This document shows, one piece after another, positions 19,501 to 27,758 of a stretch of DNA of 64,000 bases. The notes beneath the pieces were generated by a model. That model was not told the origin of the DNA, did not search any database, and saw nothing but the letters and a program-made list of their open reading frames with translations. The translations under genes were made by a program, and so were the position numbers. The DNA lies in contig JAZNNR010000005.1 in assembly GCA_045580325.1 (NCBI GenBank), positions 67,504-131,503 of the forward strand, given 5' to 3'. The stretch is from Eubacteriales bacterium. GTDB taxonomy: Bacteria > Bacillota > Clostridia > Oscillospirales > CAG-272. The number at the start of each line of letters is the position of its first letter. Position 1 is the first letter of the stretch.

Positions 19501-20719
19501 TATCGGAAATATTCTCTTTATTTCCGTAAACTACCGAAAAGGTGTTACCCTTGTTTCTCAAAAGGGAAACGAGATCGATAAGCGCGCCTCTTTTTCGCTC
19601 GTAGCCCATATATTTGTTTTCCGAATTGCTTTTTACGCGGTATCTAAGGAAAAAATAAAAATATTCGCCGTATTTTTCGTTAAGCTCGGAAATTTTTTCC
19701 TTTGTATAGGAAATAAGGCTTTGGTCGCTGTCGTTACTTTTGCTTTCAGACTCGCCAAAATCGAGAAGCAGTCCGAAATAAGCATTTTTATCCCTTGTAA
19801 GCAGATAAAACTCCTCGAGCTGTCGAAAGAGTGAATCGTCCTTGTCCGATATAAGTGAGGTAATAACTGTAAGTGTTTTCGCACTGTCGGGTATTTTCTC
19901 CATATTCAGACGGGGGACAGCAGTAAGCGGAAGCATGCGTGAAGCCGTGCGGTCGGTAATAAATTTTACAGCCTCGCTTATCGGGAAAATGATAAGCAAA
20001 ACTATAAACACATTTACACGCGCAAAATAGAGCGCAAGGAAGGCAAAAAGCAAGGTGAAAAACACCCAAAACGTAAAATACAGCCTTGTATTTTTCTTTT
20101 GTCTTTTTTTATCCTCGATGTATCCGAGATTATCACAGTATATCTTTACCGCGTCTTTTTCGGATATTTTATGCCTTTTGGCAAAAGCTGAAATTTTACC
20201 GCGTATAAGAGATTTTGTAAGAGAAGTACTTGCAAAGTAGTAGGTTCCGGGGCAATCTCTCAGATTTCTGTCAAGCACCGATATTTTTTCGCGAAGCTCT
20301 TCGGTATCAGATATTTCAAGAGAGCGTATTATATTACTTACGTTTCCGATTAGGATATTTTTTTCGTTTTCCGAATATTTCTTCAAAGATACTATTTTAC
20401 GTGAAATAATGTCCGCAACAATAGGAAGAATAGCTACCGTTTCTTCATCGCGAAAGGGCTTTTCTTCTGCCTCGGATATAAGCATATCGGATATTTCTTT
20501 TTCTGTAAGAGCAAAATTATGTTTAGATAAAAGCGATTCAAGAAGAATATATATTCTCCACCTGCGTTTTTCTCTTGTAATTTTTTCATATGAAGTCAGT
20601 ATCGAGAGGAGAAAGGGATATTCCTTAATTAAAATATTGTGGACAGCTATTTTAAGAAAAACTCCCGAAAGACTGCTCAAATTACCGTTTTTTCTGTTGA
20701 TAATAAAACCTCCCCACAA
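13505..20719 (-). CDS. Cyclic beta-1,2-glucan synthase-like giant protein (GT84 glycosyltransferase + central alpha/alpha-barrel + GH94 phosphorylase-like domain)
   Basis: 2,404 aa. The N-terminal TM segments are followed by GT84 signatures YERKRGAL, TLDRDTKL, LSHDLLEGSRLRCG and RLHRWIRGDIQ. The central region has HRTSPTNIGMY. The C-terminal region has the GH94-like motifs GFRDQLQDS and RCSDDLLWLP. The track start at 20719 is a TTG inside a GGGGAGG-like sequence, so the true start is uncertain by tens of nt. Confidence 0.8.
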   Translation of the reverse strand: MWGGFIINRKNGNLSSLSGVFLKIAVHNILIKEYPFLLSILTSYEKITREKRRWRIYILLESLLSKHNFALTEKEISDMLISEAEEKPFRDEETVAILPIVADIISRKIVSLKKYSENEKNILIGNVSNIIRSLEISDTEELREKISVLDRNLRDCPGTYYFASTSLTKSLIRGKISAFAKRHKISEKDAVKIYCDNLGYIEDKKRQKKNTRLYFTFWVFFTLLFAFLALYFARVNVFIVLLIIFPISEAVKFITDRTASRMLPLTAVPRLNMEKIPDSAKTLTVITSLISDKDDSLFRQLEEFYLLTRDKNAYFGLLLDFGESESKSNDSDQSLISYTKEKISELNEKYGEYFYFFLRYRVKSNSENKYMGYERKRGALIDLVSLLRNKGNTFSVVYGNKENISDIKYVVTLDRDTKLYSKAVLDMVSAMLHPSNKPVIKNGRVISGYAIMQPHMRTSLASAGKSYFSALMTRGGIMSYQSASYDLYQSLFNEGIFCGKGIFDVDAYCELIPDAFRDELILSHDLLEGSRLRCGILADITLSDSHPSSPSSFFKRLHRWIRGDIQSTLYAKKYVYNKAGKREKNPVSSVSKFFILDNVRRALVPIFAGALILLSLLYTGAQDILLLSALSYLIIPPLCVIFKSLRGINRRFFSQVIPSVGSALWDIFFGVSSIFAYAFVSLDALTKGFVRSRITHKHTLEWTVSSLESRGGFFAQISWSVLSYTCGFFTLVFARSPLLKCMGLLWSFLPVILLLLSFDIPYKQIRSSANKEKLLSWVKDMWSYFDSYVTIEENYLPPDNVQESPVFAVAHRTSPTNIGMYLVSALAACDCGFIDAHTLYTKLEKTLLTIEDLPKKHGHLYNWYDTEKLTVLGTPYISTVDSGNFVVSLITLIEGISEYEKDEPRLADIRERLKNIAYSTDFTILYSKKRKLFYIGMDTSGEVSGENCYDLYMSEARSTYYFAVANGQIPAKSWNRLGRPIIGSRGYIGVASWSGSMFEYFMPHLFLPSYANSFSGEALAFAANAQIENRIKGFWGISESGYYAFDFAMNYQYRANGVSRLALDPMIGKDKVIAPYASFLCLAIAEKAAIKNLERLCKHGAYGKHGFYEALDFTVSRVGFSPEIIKSYMSHHVGMSIISAVNLCFDNIFVKRFMRDPEMSSVKELLCEAIPTDAGISKHRQAQIPEYVSRGYPNTDRTLKSASKSGNIPSVCMISSKTASLTASDAGHIMLAHKDILITRDPFDMRDMYSVINGLQVFYGIDSEALQFIPDSMHYSGTKIVFKNQRIVMGEKISSALTLTLMREEDIFCVKLDVSGKFSELTPMIAFEVVLTKAQDRASHPFYDSLSVEAFYDEEHDILIYHSRSKSGKDDKWLGISIENYPLKKEFDTRSDILPLNYTAEDIKALLYRKLPSRTGACISPYCIIKGENIKSSEKNSCEFVIAYGNSYEDILRKYVRIRKTTVKSISSFFASSMYSLSQSRLALANISPGYLKYVDDYLASLYFHPNNNQASDKKYEKNALWAHGISGDLPIVCLLLPNELSPMCKKIASTLIRIHKLCTLRGKLSDLVFIVPEADGYNSTNRNTLSGIISECGSEELFCRYGGVFLVGDLSLEDLFSSVSALFIRLEKDSSIEDIFHTVMKRSLRTYDDVEIVKKTCENSKAEGENALEVYGGVFNDRGFLVDKERVDLVWSYIYSNRVFGTLMTQNSLGFTWFANSKEKRLTPYFSSYRQDICGERLILVTTHGKKYDVIASSYFCEFEHGCALYKSEIEGIHITVKVGVDKKLPVKLLTAEVKGDLDNFGSLVYSVDPVIGEKVCPPSLIIRKKDTDTEFFRRRYDSHLSEHTVFLTSYDFGEKQEKEEISRKYGFLFGIFPSASDRAYYHMRKKYSTPKDFESGFSQYGDFYKDLFGKIQIKSADASLDRAINYYIPYQTFTARLFGRTGFYQSSGAYGFRDQLQDSLISLLYDPRFCKYQIFRAAAHQYTEGDVQHWWHNSDKSGGKWHAGLRSRCSDDLLWLPYAVSEYLRVTGDYSILDAKVRYIESKELEDGELTRYERPVRSKYRESLYNHCIRAIERALRFGKHKLPLIGSCDWNDGFDRVGHKGKGESVWLAQFMRMILSDFTVICKNYGDLEGAKKYSEIASELYDTLEKEAFDGDRYIRGFYDSGKKLGARGDRECEIDFLPQAFAAISGGDPSRAKKAILLACEKLWDRENSVVKLFTPPFSGIGDDPGYIIRYCDGFRENGGQYTHAATWAVWGLLSVGEHEKAYEMLSDINPIARSLEISSALRYKTEPYALCGDVYSNVQHLGRGGWSLYTGSASWFVRIVINELLGYREHSGESFTVSPHLCEKFDRFDLKISRGGCSYEISARLNADLKKVEIYCNGRKTDPEKENFFGNRGLLL

Positions 20720-20771
20720 CAGTTATCGTAATATAACATATTATGGGGAGAATTTATCGTTTTTAATCTTA

Positions 20772-23030
20772 TTATTTCAGTTTGGTGTAAAAAGAAGTAT
20801 ATATCGGCTCGTATGGAATGTATTTTTCAATAGTCGAGATAGCCTCATCTGAGTCGCCGTGAGATGCGCATATCACATAGTCGCATCGTTTTGAACATTC
20901 TATAATGAAATCTCTGAAATCTTCGTTTATCAGAGTCATATCCTTTGTATTTGAAATATACATATAGCTGTCGGTAGTACCTTTTTTATCTTCAATAAAA
21001 ATAAGTGATGCGGGATTTGCGCTGTCGTGCTCGTAAATAGATACGTTTAAAAGAAAATCTCCGAAGATCAGAGAATTTTCTCCTGCTCTGTAAAGACGCA
21101 CGTCGCAGTCTGACGCCCTTGCATATCTTACCGCCGCATAGTGATAGTTTTTATCACGTCCGAGCGAAATTGGGAGTACAAAGCTTCTTATATCGGTATA
21201 GTCAACAAGGCGAGTAATAGTTGCTATATGATTATAGTGATAATCTGTAACCATATACGAGCTTATATCGACCTTTCCGACCTCTTTTGCGTAATCAATA
21301 GCGTTCTTTGCAAATGAATATGAGCCGTCAGAGCTGTCGCAAAGCATAGCCTTACCGTCGTTTATTAAGATAATGGCGTCGTTTTCGCCCTCGGTGTAAT
21401 AGAGCACCGACATTCCGCTGTGATAAGGGCACATAACAAGAGAGTTTCCTATAAAGCAGCAAAGTATAAAGGCTATCATAGGGATATATACAAGCTCTTT
21501 GTGTTTAGAAAATCCTTTTATGAATATAGCCATAAGAGGTATAGCTATAACCATCAAAACAAAAAGAAGAGTGCAGAAGGGATAGTCAAGCCTTACCAAG
21601 TAATCACCCGAGTCTGCAAAAGACTGTGCAAATCTTACCGTAATATTCGATATAAATGAAATAATATACCCGATAGGATACGCAAGATACTTGACGGGTG
21701 AGATAACTATCATAACGGGCAAAAGGTACATTATCAGCGTAATAAGCGGCGCAAAAAGAAGGTTTGCGAGCGGCGACACGTAAGATATGTAACCAAAGCA
21801 AAAATGGACTATCGGGAGTGTAAAAAGAACTGCCGATAGGGTTATGTTCAGAGCCGAAAGCAGAGCAAATATCGGCTTGATTTTTGTGATTTTATTTTGA
21901 CGGATCCGCTCGTTTATCGGAAGTGCAACGGTAAGTATTCCGAGGGTTGAAAGAAAAGAAAGCAACATTCCGACGTCGTATATCGCGTACGGAGATATAA
22001 GACATATCAAAAATATTGCAATAAACAGAGAAGTTACCGAATCTGCTTTTCTGCCGAAGATGAAAGAAGCGTAGGATAAAAGCAGCATAAATGCCGCGCG
22101 TATAACGGACGGAGAAAATCCTGCAAGAAAAGCATAGAATATTACAAAAAGTGTGAGAAGTATAAGCGAAAATTGCTTTTTCATACGTGCTTTGGATAAA
22201 ATTATTGCAAGAAGACCAACCACTACCGAAAAGTGCATTCCGCTTATTGCAAGCATATGCGATATTCCAAGCTCTTTAAAGGCAGATGTGAACGAGTAGG
22301 GAAGCTCATCTCTGTTTCCGTAAACGAGAGCACGCGAAAGCGCACCTGCATTTTCGTTTGTGAATTTCTCTATTATCAAGGAAATATCTTCCTGCACAGG
22401 ATAAACAAGGGTGTACGGGAAAATATCTTGACTTTCTAAAACCTCGATGTTTTCAGCGTTTTCCGATGTTGCGTACAGCAAAAATCCGTGCGAAAGGTCA
22501 TATGCCTCCGATAGATTTGAATATTTACTATTAGCAGTAAGCTTCAGAGGAAGCCGTAGCGTATCACCGACTCTGTAAGTATTATAATAGTTTGACGTGA
22601 GTCTGGCTTTTATTTTGCAAGACTCTCCGTTTATCTTTGTTATCATAATCTCGTGCTCCGAATAAAACTCGGACATAGAGTTTACGTTTATTACAGTTAT
22701 CTCGGCATCTGCGTCGACGTCTTCATATTTATCAGTTATTTCACCCAAGTTGCAGTCAAAGTTTACAAAGGAAAGTAACACTCCGAGCGCACAGGCGCAT
22801 ATAATAAGCAGTAAAGGAAATATGTATCTTCTCAGAAATTCTATATTTATTCTTCGTTTTACTGCGAAAAACACAACAGATAGAATAAATAACGCAAAAA
22901 GTGATATGGCTATATATAATTTATAATCACCGCGCAAAAATCCGAGGGTAAAATAGACAGTAAGAAAGCCCGCAAGCATATAGCATAACGGGCGTTTTAC
23001 AATAGAATCAGATATTTTTTTAGTAAACAT
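20772..23030 (-). CDS. comEC: ComEC/Rec2 DNA internalisation channel protein
   Basis: 752 aa, polytopic, with the competence-domain motif GISHMLAISGMHFSVV and a C-terminal metallo-beta-lactamase-like region. Confidence 0.85.
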   Translation of the reverse strand: MFTKKISDSIVKRPLCYMLAGFLTVYFTLGFLRGDYKLYIAISLFALFILSVVFFAVKRRINIEFLRRYIFPLLLIICACALGVLLSFVNFDCNLGEITDKYEDVDADAEITVINVNSMSEFYSEHEIMITKINGESCKIKARLTSNYYNTYRVGDTLRLPLKLTANSKYSNLSEAYDLSHGFLLYATSENAENIEVLESQDIFPYTLVYPVQEDISLIIEKFTNENAGALSRALVYGNRDELPYSFTSAFKELGISHMLAISGMHFSVVVGLLAIILSKARMKKQFSLILLTLFVIFYAFLAGFSPSVIRAAFMLLLSYASFIFGRKADSVTSLFIAIFLICLISPYAIYDVGMLLSFLSTLGILTVALPINERIRQNKITKIKPIFALLSALNITLSAVLFTLPIVHFCFGYISYVSPLANLLFAPLITLIMYLLPVMIVISPVKYLAYPIGYIISFISNITVRFAQSFADSGDYLVRLDYPFCTLLFVLMVIAIPLMAIFIKGFSKHKELVYIPMIAFILCCFIGNSLVMCPYHSGMSVLYYTEGENDAIILINDGKAMLCDSSDGSYSFAKNAIDYAKEVGKVDISSYMVTDYHYNHIATITRLVDYTDIRSFVLPISLGRDKNYHYAAVRYARASDCDVRLYRAGENSLIFGDFLLNVSIYEHDSANPASLIFIEDKKGTTDSYMYISNTKDMTLINEDFRDFIIECSKRCDYVICASHGDSDEAISTIEKYIPYEPIYTSFYTKLK

Positions 23031-23033
23031 TAA

Positions 23034-23312
23034 TTACTTGTTGTTTATTTTTTCGCGAAGCTTGCTAGACTGATGGAACGAAACTATTTTGGTGTTCGAA
23101 AGCTGAATCTGTTCACCGGTAATAGGATGACGTCCGATTCTTCCGAGTCTTTCTTTAACTTCAAATGTGCCGAAACCGGAGAGCATTATTTTTTCTCCGT
23201 CGGAAAGTGTTTTAACTACCTCGTCAAGGAATGCGTCAATTACAGCGGTAGCTTTAGCGGCAGAAACACCAGAGACCTGCGCGGATTTAGCAATAAGATC
23301 CTTTTTTTTCAT
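23034..23312 (-). CDS. hup: HU family DNA-binding protein
   Basis: 92 aa: MKKKDLIAK..GFGTFEVKERLGRIGRHPITGEQIQL. Its stop lies 3 nt upstream of the comEC ATG. Confidence 0.92.
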   Translation of the reverse strand: MKKKDLIAKSAQVSGVSAAKATAVIDAFLDEVVKTLSDGEKIMLSGFGTFEVKERLGRIGRHPITGEQIQLSNTKIVSFHQSSKLREKINNK

Positions 23313-23532
23313 AGTTTTTTCTAAGTCTTTCGAAAAAGAGAAAAGACATCCTTTCTTTATTTTTTTTAATTATACCATATAACTTACTAAAAGTCAACCG
23401 TTTTTTTTATAAAAATTTGATGTTTTTATCATTTTTTGTTGATTTTTATGCTTGACCAAACAAATAATTAGTGTTATAATACATAAACACTATAGTAAAC
23501 AGTTAATCGCTTTAAGGAAAACAGGTGAAAAT

Positions 23533-24702
23533 ATGCTTATAAATATTTTTATAAAAAATATAGATTCACTTTCGAAGGATGAGCGGCGTGAAAAATACGG
23601 AGTATTTTATGGTACGCTCGGAATTTTTCTGAATCTTGTTTTATTTGTAATCAAATTCTTGGCAGGGCTCATAACAGGTGCGATCTCGGTTACAGCTGAT
23701 GCATTCAACAACCTTTCGGATGCAGGATCGTCTATTATAACTCTTTTCGGCTTCAGACTCGCATCTAAAAAGCCTGACGAGGATCACCCGTTCGGACACG
23801 GAAGATCGGAATACATATCGGGATTTATAATCTCAATGCTTATTTTACTTGTCGGCTTTGAGCTTGGAAAGACCTCTGTCGAAAAGATATTCGCTCCTGT
23901 CGCAGTTGAGTTTTCTGTTGTTTCGATAGTAATTCTTATAATTTCCGTAATTATAAAGCTTTATATGGCATATTACAATTATTTTGTAGGAAAGAAAATA
24001 AATTCAAGTGCTATGAAAGCTACTGCCACCGACTCGCTGTCCGACTCTGTTTCGACGACAGTAGTGCTTATATGTATGCTGATTTCTTATTTTACCGATT
24101 TTCATATAGATGCCTACTGCGGTCTTGCGGTATCGGGATTTATACTCTTTTCGGGTTTTCGTTCGGCAAAAGAAACGATAAGTCCGCTTCTCGGTCAGAC
24201 ACCTACGCCTGAATTTGTCAGTAAAATTGAAAGTACTGTAAAAGAATGCTCTTACGTCTGCGGTATTCACGACCTTATAGTACACGATTACGGTCCGGGT
24301 CGAAGAATGATCTCCCTTCACGCAGAAGTGCCCTCTGACTCAAACCTTCTCGAAGTACACGATGCGATAGATAACATCGAAAAAATACTGCGCGATACCC
24401 TTAACTGTGATGCGGTAATACATATGGATCCTGTTGAGCAGGGAAACTCTGTTGTATCGGAAACACGTGAAAAAGTAGAAAAAACGATAAAAAATATTGA
24501 TGAGCGCATAACGATACACGATTTTCGTATGGTTGTCGGAAATACGCATACAAATCTCATTTTTGATGCTGTAATTCCGTATGATATAAAGATGTCAGAT
24601 ACCGAAATAAAGAATCTTATATCAGAAAAAATAAACGAAATTGACAGCCATTATAACACGGTTATAGAGATTGACAGACCGTTTGTAAACTCAAATTCTT
24701 AA
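23533..24702 (+). CDS. Cation diffusion facilitator (CDF) family transporter
   Basis: Motifs SVTADAFNNLSDAGSS, HPFGHGRSEY and C-terminal HDLIVHDYGPG. Start moved to ATG 23533 (MLINIF..) after GGTGAAAAT; the track start is a TTG. Confidence 0.85.
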   Translation: MLINIFIKNIDSLSKDERREKYGVFYGTLGIFLNLVLFVIKFLAGLITGAISVTADAFNNLSDAGSSIITLFGFRLASKKPDEDHPFGHGRSEYISGFIISMLILLVGFELGKTSVEKIFAPVAVEFSVVSIVILIISVIIKLYMAYYNYFVGKKINSSAMKATATDSLSDSVSTTVVLICMLISYFTDFHIDAYCGLAVSGFILFSGFRSAKETISPLLGQTPTPEFVSKIESTVKECSYVCGIHDLIVHDYGPGRRMISLHAEVPSDSNLLEVHDAIDNIEKILRDTLNCDAVIHMDPVEQGNSVVSETREKVEKTIKNIDERITIHDFRMVVGNTHTNLIFDAVIPYDIKMSDTEIKNLISEKINEIDSHYNTVIEIDRPFVNSNS

Positions 24703-24720
24703 ACAGTCAGGAGAATATAA

Positions 24721-25338
24721 ATGAAAGTACTTATGTTAAACGGAAGTCCTCGCGTAAACGGTAATACTGCAAGAGCGCTTTCAGAGCTTGAAAAGACGTT
24801 TGAGCTCGAGGGAGTGGAAACAGAAACGGTGCAGATAGGAAACAAGGATATCCGAGGCTGTGTATCCTGTTTTTCCTGCTATAAAACAGGAAAATGTGCG
24901 ATCGACGATATTGTTAACGAGCTTGCCAAAAAATTCGAGGAATGCGACGGACTCATCGTTGCAAGTCCTGTATACTACGCATCTCCAAACGGAACGCTTC
25001 TCTCCTGTCTTGACAGACTTTTTTACAGCACACACTTTGATAAGCGTATGAAGGTAGGAGCAAGTATAGCCGTTGCAAGACGAGGCGGCTGCTCGGCAAC
25101 CTTTGACGTGCTCAATAAATATTTCACGATAAGCGGTATGCCGATAGCTTCAAGTCAGTATTGGAACAGCGTTCACGGGGCAAAGCCGGGACAGGCGCAG
25201 GAGGACCTTGAGGGACTTCAGACAATGCGTACCCTTGCAAGAAATATGACTTTTCTTATGAAAAGTATCGCTCTCGGTAAAAAAGAGTTCGGATTGCCGA
25301 TACAGGAAGCAAAGACGCCGACGAATTTTATCAGATGA
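24721..25338 (+). CDS. Flavodoxin-like fold / NADPH-dependent FMN reductase family protein
   Basis: MKVLMLNGSPRVNGNT..CVSCFSCYKTGKC..ASPVYYASPNG. Confidence 0.7.
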   Translation: MKVLMLNGSPRVNGNTARALSELEKTFELEGVETETVQIGNKDIRGCVSCFSCYKTGKCAIDDIVNELAKKFEECDGLIVASPVYYASPNGTLLSCLDRLFYSTHFDKRMKVGASIAVARRGGCSATFDVLNKYFTISGMPIASSQYWNSVHGAKPGQAQEDLEGLQTMRTLARNMTFLMKSIALGKKEFGLPIQEAKTPTNFIR

Positions 25339-25344
25339 ATATAA

Positions 25345-25376
25345 AAAGGTGTAGCGATTTAGCTACACCTTTTTGT
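25345..25376. terminator. Bidirectional stem-loop terminator
   Basis: AAAGGTGTAGC (25345-25355) pairs with GCTACACCTTT (25362-25372), followed by TTTG. Confidence 0.6.
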
Positions 25377-25379
25377 GAA

Positions 25380-26327
25380 TTATAATCTATACTTTTTAGG
25401 ACTTACACCGTACTTTTTATTAAAAATTCTGTGAAAATAGCTTTTGTTTTCATAACCGACAGCGAGCGCGATATCCTCGACAGAGAGAAATGTATTTTTC
25501 AGCAGAAACGCCGCTTGGGAAAGGCGCTTTTCCTGCAAGTGCTCGGTGAAGGTTTTGCCCGTGCGGTTCCTTATTTCGTGGCTGAGCCAATAAAAATCAT
25601 AATGTAAAAGCTTCGCCGCTTCGGTAAGACTTGCGTTTTTGTAATTTTCCTCAATGTACCTGAAAATATCTATTATCGCGTTGTCCTCACGGGACTCGTA
25701 TGAGAGCTTATCGGTATGGTTAAGAAGCTGCATAAAGAGAAGACCCATAGTGATCTGATTGATATTTCGCTTGTTTGTTGTGTTACTGATGAGCGTCCAA
25801 ATAAGGTTCTCAATGAGATTTTGAACGGGTAAAACTCCCGCAACCTTGAAATGTAAATATCTTTGATTTTCATTCTCAAAGAGGGAAGAGAGAAGAAAGT
25901 TTTTTATAGGTGTTTCTTCTGCGCCGAGCATCTCAAGAGTCTTATCAAAAAAAGCAGGCTGAATGATAAAGTTTACCGCTATATCCTTTTCGCCTGCGGG
26001 TAGAATTTCCTGCCGTGCATTCTGACCGAGAAAGAGTAGCTCACCCTCTCTGAGTATCAGCTTTTTGCCGTTTATAATATGCGTTGTTTCGCCCGAACAC
26101 ATATATACAGCCTCAATAAAATCGTGAGTGTGCTCGGGAAAGTGAACAAAACGGGTGTGTGTTCTCGCACGTATAAGCTTGCCCTCGGAGAGAAGCTTTT
26201 TTGAGCGGATAACACGGCCGCCGTGAGTTGTATAAATGCTTTTATCCACGCTGTCTGCGCCGTTCAGTATGGCCATCTCTTCATCTGTTATAGGAATAAG
26301 CTTTTCAAGTATCTCCTGTCTGATCAT
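25380..26327 (-). CDS. AraC family transcriptional regulator (cupin + HTH), probable rhamnose-operon regulator
   Basis: C-terminal AraC HTH (..VEDIALAVGYENKSYFHRIFNKKYGVSPKKYR). Divergent from rhaB. Start moved to ATG 26327 (MIRQEILEKL) after AGGTGAT. Confidence 0.8.
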   Translation of the reverse strand: MIRQEILEKLIPITDEEMAILNGADSVDKSIYTTHGGRVIRSKKLLSEGKLIRARTHTRFVHFPEHTHDFIEAVYMCSGETTHIINGKKLILREGELLFLGQNARQEILPAGEKDIAVNFIIQPAFFDKTLEMLGAEETPIKNFLLSSLFENENQRYLHFKVAGVLPVQNLIENLIWTLISNTTNKRNINQITMGLLFMQLLNHTDKLSYESREDNAIIDIFRYIEENYKNASLTEAAKLLHYDFYWLSHEIRNRTGKTFTEHLQEKRLSQAAFLLKNTFLSVEDIALAVGYENKSYFHRIFNKKYGVSPKKYRL

Positions 26328-26468
26328 AGAATCACCTCGTCTGATTTTAACATAAAATAAGAAAAAAATCAATACAAATAAGGACACTTTTTTAAACAAA
26401 TAGTGTTCTTTTATTTTTATATTCATTATGATATTATTATTATGGATCAACACAAAAGGAGAGAAATC

Positions 26469-27758
26469 TTGAAATACTACTTAGCAATTGATATAGGAGC
26501 GTCCTCGGGAAGACATATTATCGGTTGGAATGAGGACAGAAAGATCAACACAAAAGAGGTCTTTCGCTTTCCGAACGGAGTGAAAAAGGAAAGTGGACAT
26601 CTCGTATGGGATATTGAAGCGCTCTATAGTAGCGTTCTTGAGGGAATTAAAGAAGCATTTTGTCTTTATCCAAAAATTGAGAGCCTTTCAATAGATACGT
26701 GGGGCGTGGATTACGTTTTACTTCGTGATGATAAGGAAATTTTGCCCGTCTATGCCTACCGCGATCAAAGAACCGAAGCGGTAATACCGAAAGTACACGA
26801 AATTATCCCTTTTTCCGAACAATATCGAAGAGTTGGCTGTCAGTTTCAGCCGTTTAACTCGATCTATCAGCTGTATGACGATAAGCTGAACTCACGTCTT
26901 GATATTGCGACAGATATGCTTATGATCCCCGAATATCTGATGTGGAAGCTTTGCGGTATTAAGGCACGAGAATATACTAATGCCACCACGAGCGGTATGG
27001 TAAACGGTGAGTTTGATATGGAAATGGTGAGAAAGCTCGGATATCCTGAGCACCTCTTTCCGAAGCTCTCACAGCCAGGGCAAATTTTAGGCGATCTGCT
27101 CCCCGAAATTTCACAGACTGTCGGCGGAAACTGTAAGGTCGTGCTCTGTGCAACTCACGATACGGGATCTGCAGTTGAGGGTATCCCGATGGACGAAAAT
27201 CAGCTCTATATTTCCTCGGGTACGTGGTCGCTCCTAGGTGTTAAAACCGAGAAACCTATTACCGACGAGGGAAGCGAAAGAGCCAACTACTCTAACGAGG
27301 GCGGTGTCGGATATAACCGTTATCAGAAAAATATTATGGGTATGTGGCTGATAAACGAATTAAAGAAAGAGCTTTGTCCCGAAGCCTCCTTTTCCGAAAT
27401 TGTCGAAATGGCGCAGGAGAGCACGTGTGAAGTCTTAGTCGATGCAAATGCAAATGATTTTTTAGCCCCTGCGAGTATGAAATCAGCCTTTGACAATGCG
27501 GCGAGCGGATTTAGCAGCATCGGTGATTACTTCCGTTGTGCATACCGCAGCCTTGCTTATAGCTACAAACAGGCAATAGAAGAACTTGAAGCAAATACGA
27601 CTTGTAAATACAGCAAAATATATATTGTCGGCGGCGGTGCTAAAAACACCTTCCTTAACCGCCTGACCGAAGAGATCACAGGCAAAGAGGTAATTGCATT
27701 ACCTATCGAAGCAACCGCTCTCGGAAATCTTAAAATACAAATGGAGATAAAGGTATGA
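26469..27758 (+). CDS. rhaB: Rhamnulokinase
   Basis: FGGY kinase with YLAIDIGASSGRHI..DTWGVDY..GGGAKN. The best start is TTG 26469, 5 nt after AAAGGAGAG. The ATG at 26442 has no RBS. Confidence 0.85.
   Translation: MKYYLAIDIGASSGRHIIGWNEDRKINTKEVFRFPNGVKKESGHLVWDIEALYSSVLEGIKEAFCLYPKIESLSIDTWGVDYVLLRDDKEILPVYAYRDQRTEAVIPKVHEIIPFSEQYRRVGCQFQPFNSIYQLYDDKLNSRLDIATDMLMIPEYLMWKLCGIKAREYTNATTSGMVNGEFDMEMVRKLGYPEHLFPKLSQPGQILGDLLPEISQTVGGNCKVVLCATHDTGSAVEGIPMDENQLYISSGTWSLLGVKTEKPITDEGSERANYSNEGGVGYNRYQKNIMGMWLINELKKELCPEASFSEIVEMAQESTCEVLVDANANDFLAPASMKSAFDNAASGFSSIGDYFRCAYRSLAYSYKQAIEELEANTTCKYSKIYIVGGGAKNTFLNRLTEEITGKEVIALPIEATALGNLKIQMEIKV

Noticed and set aside
26403-26468. Upstream extension of rhaB (track start 26403; also ATG 26442)
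   Set aside because: The extension encodes MFFYFYIHYDIIIM.., overlaps the divergent AraC promoter region and has no RBS. TTG 26469 follows a strong AAAGGAGAG and gives the canonical kinase N-terminus.
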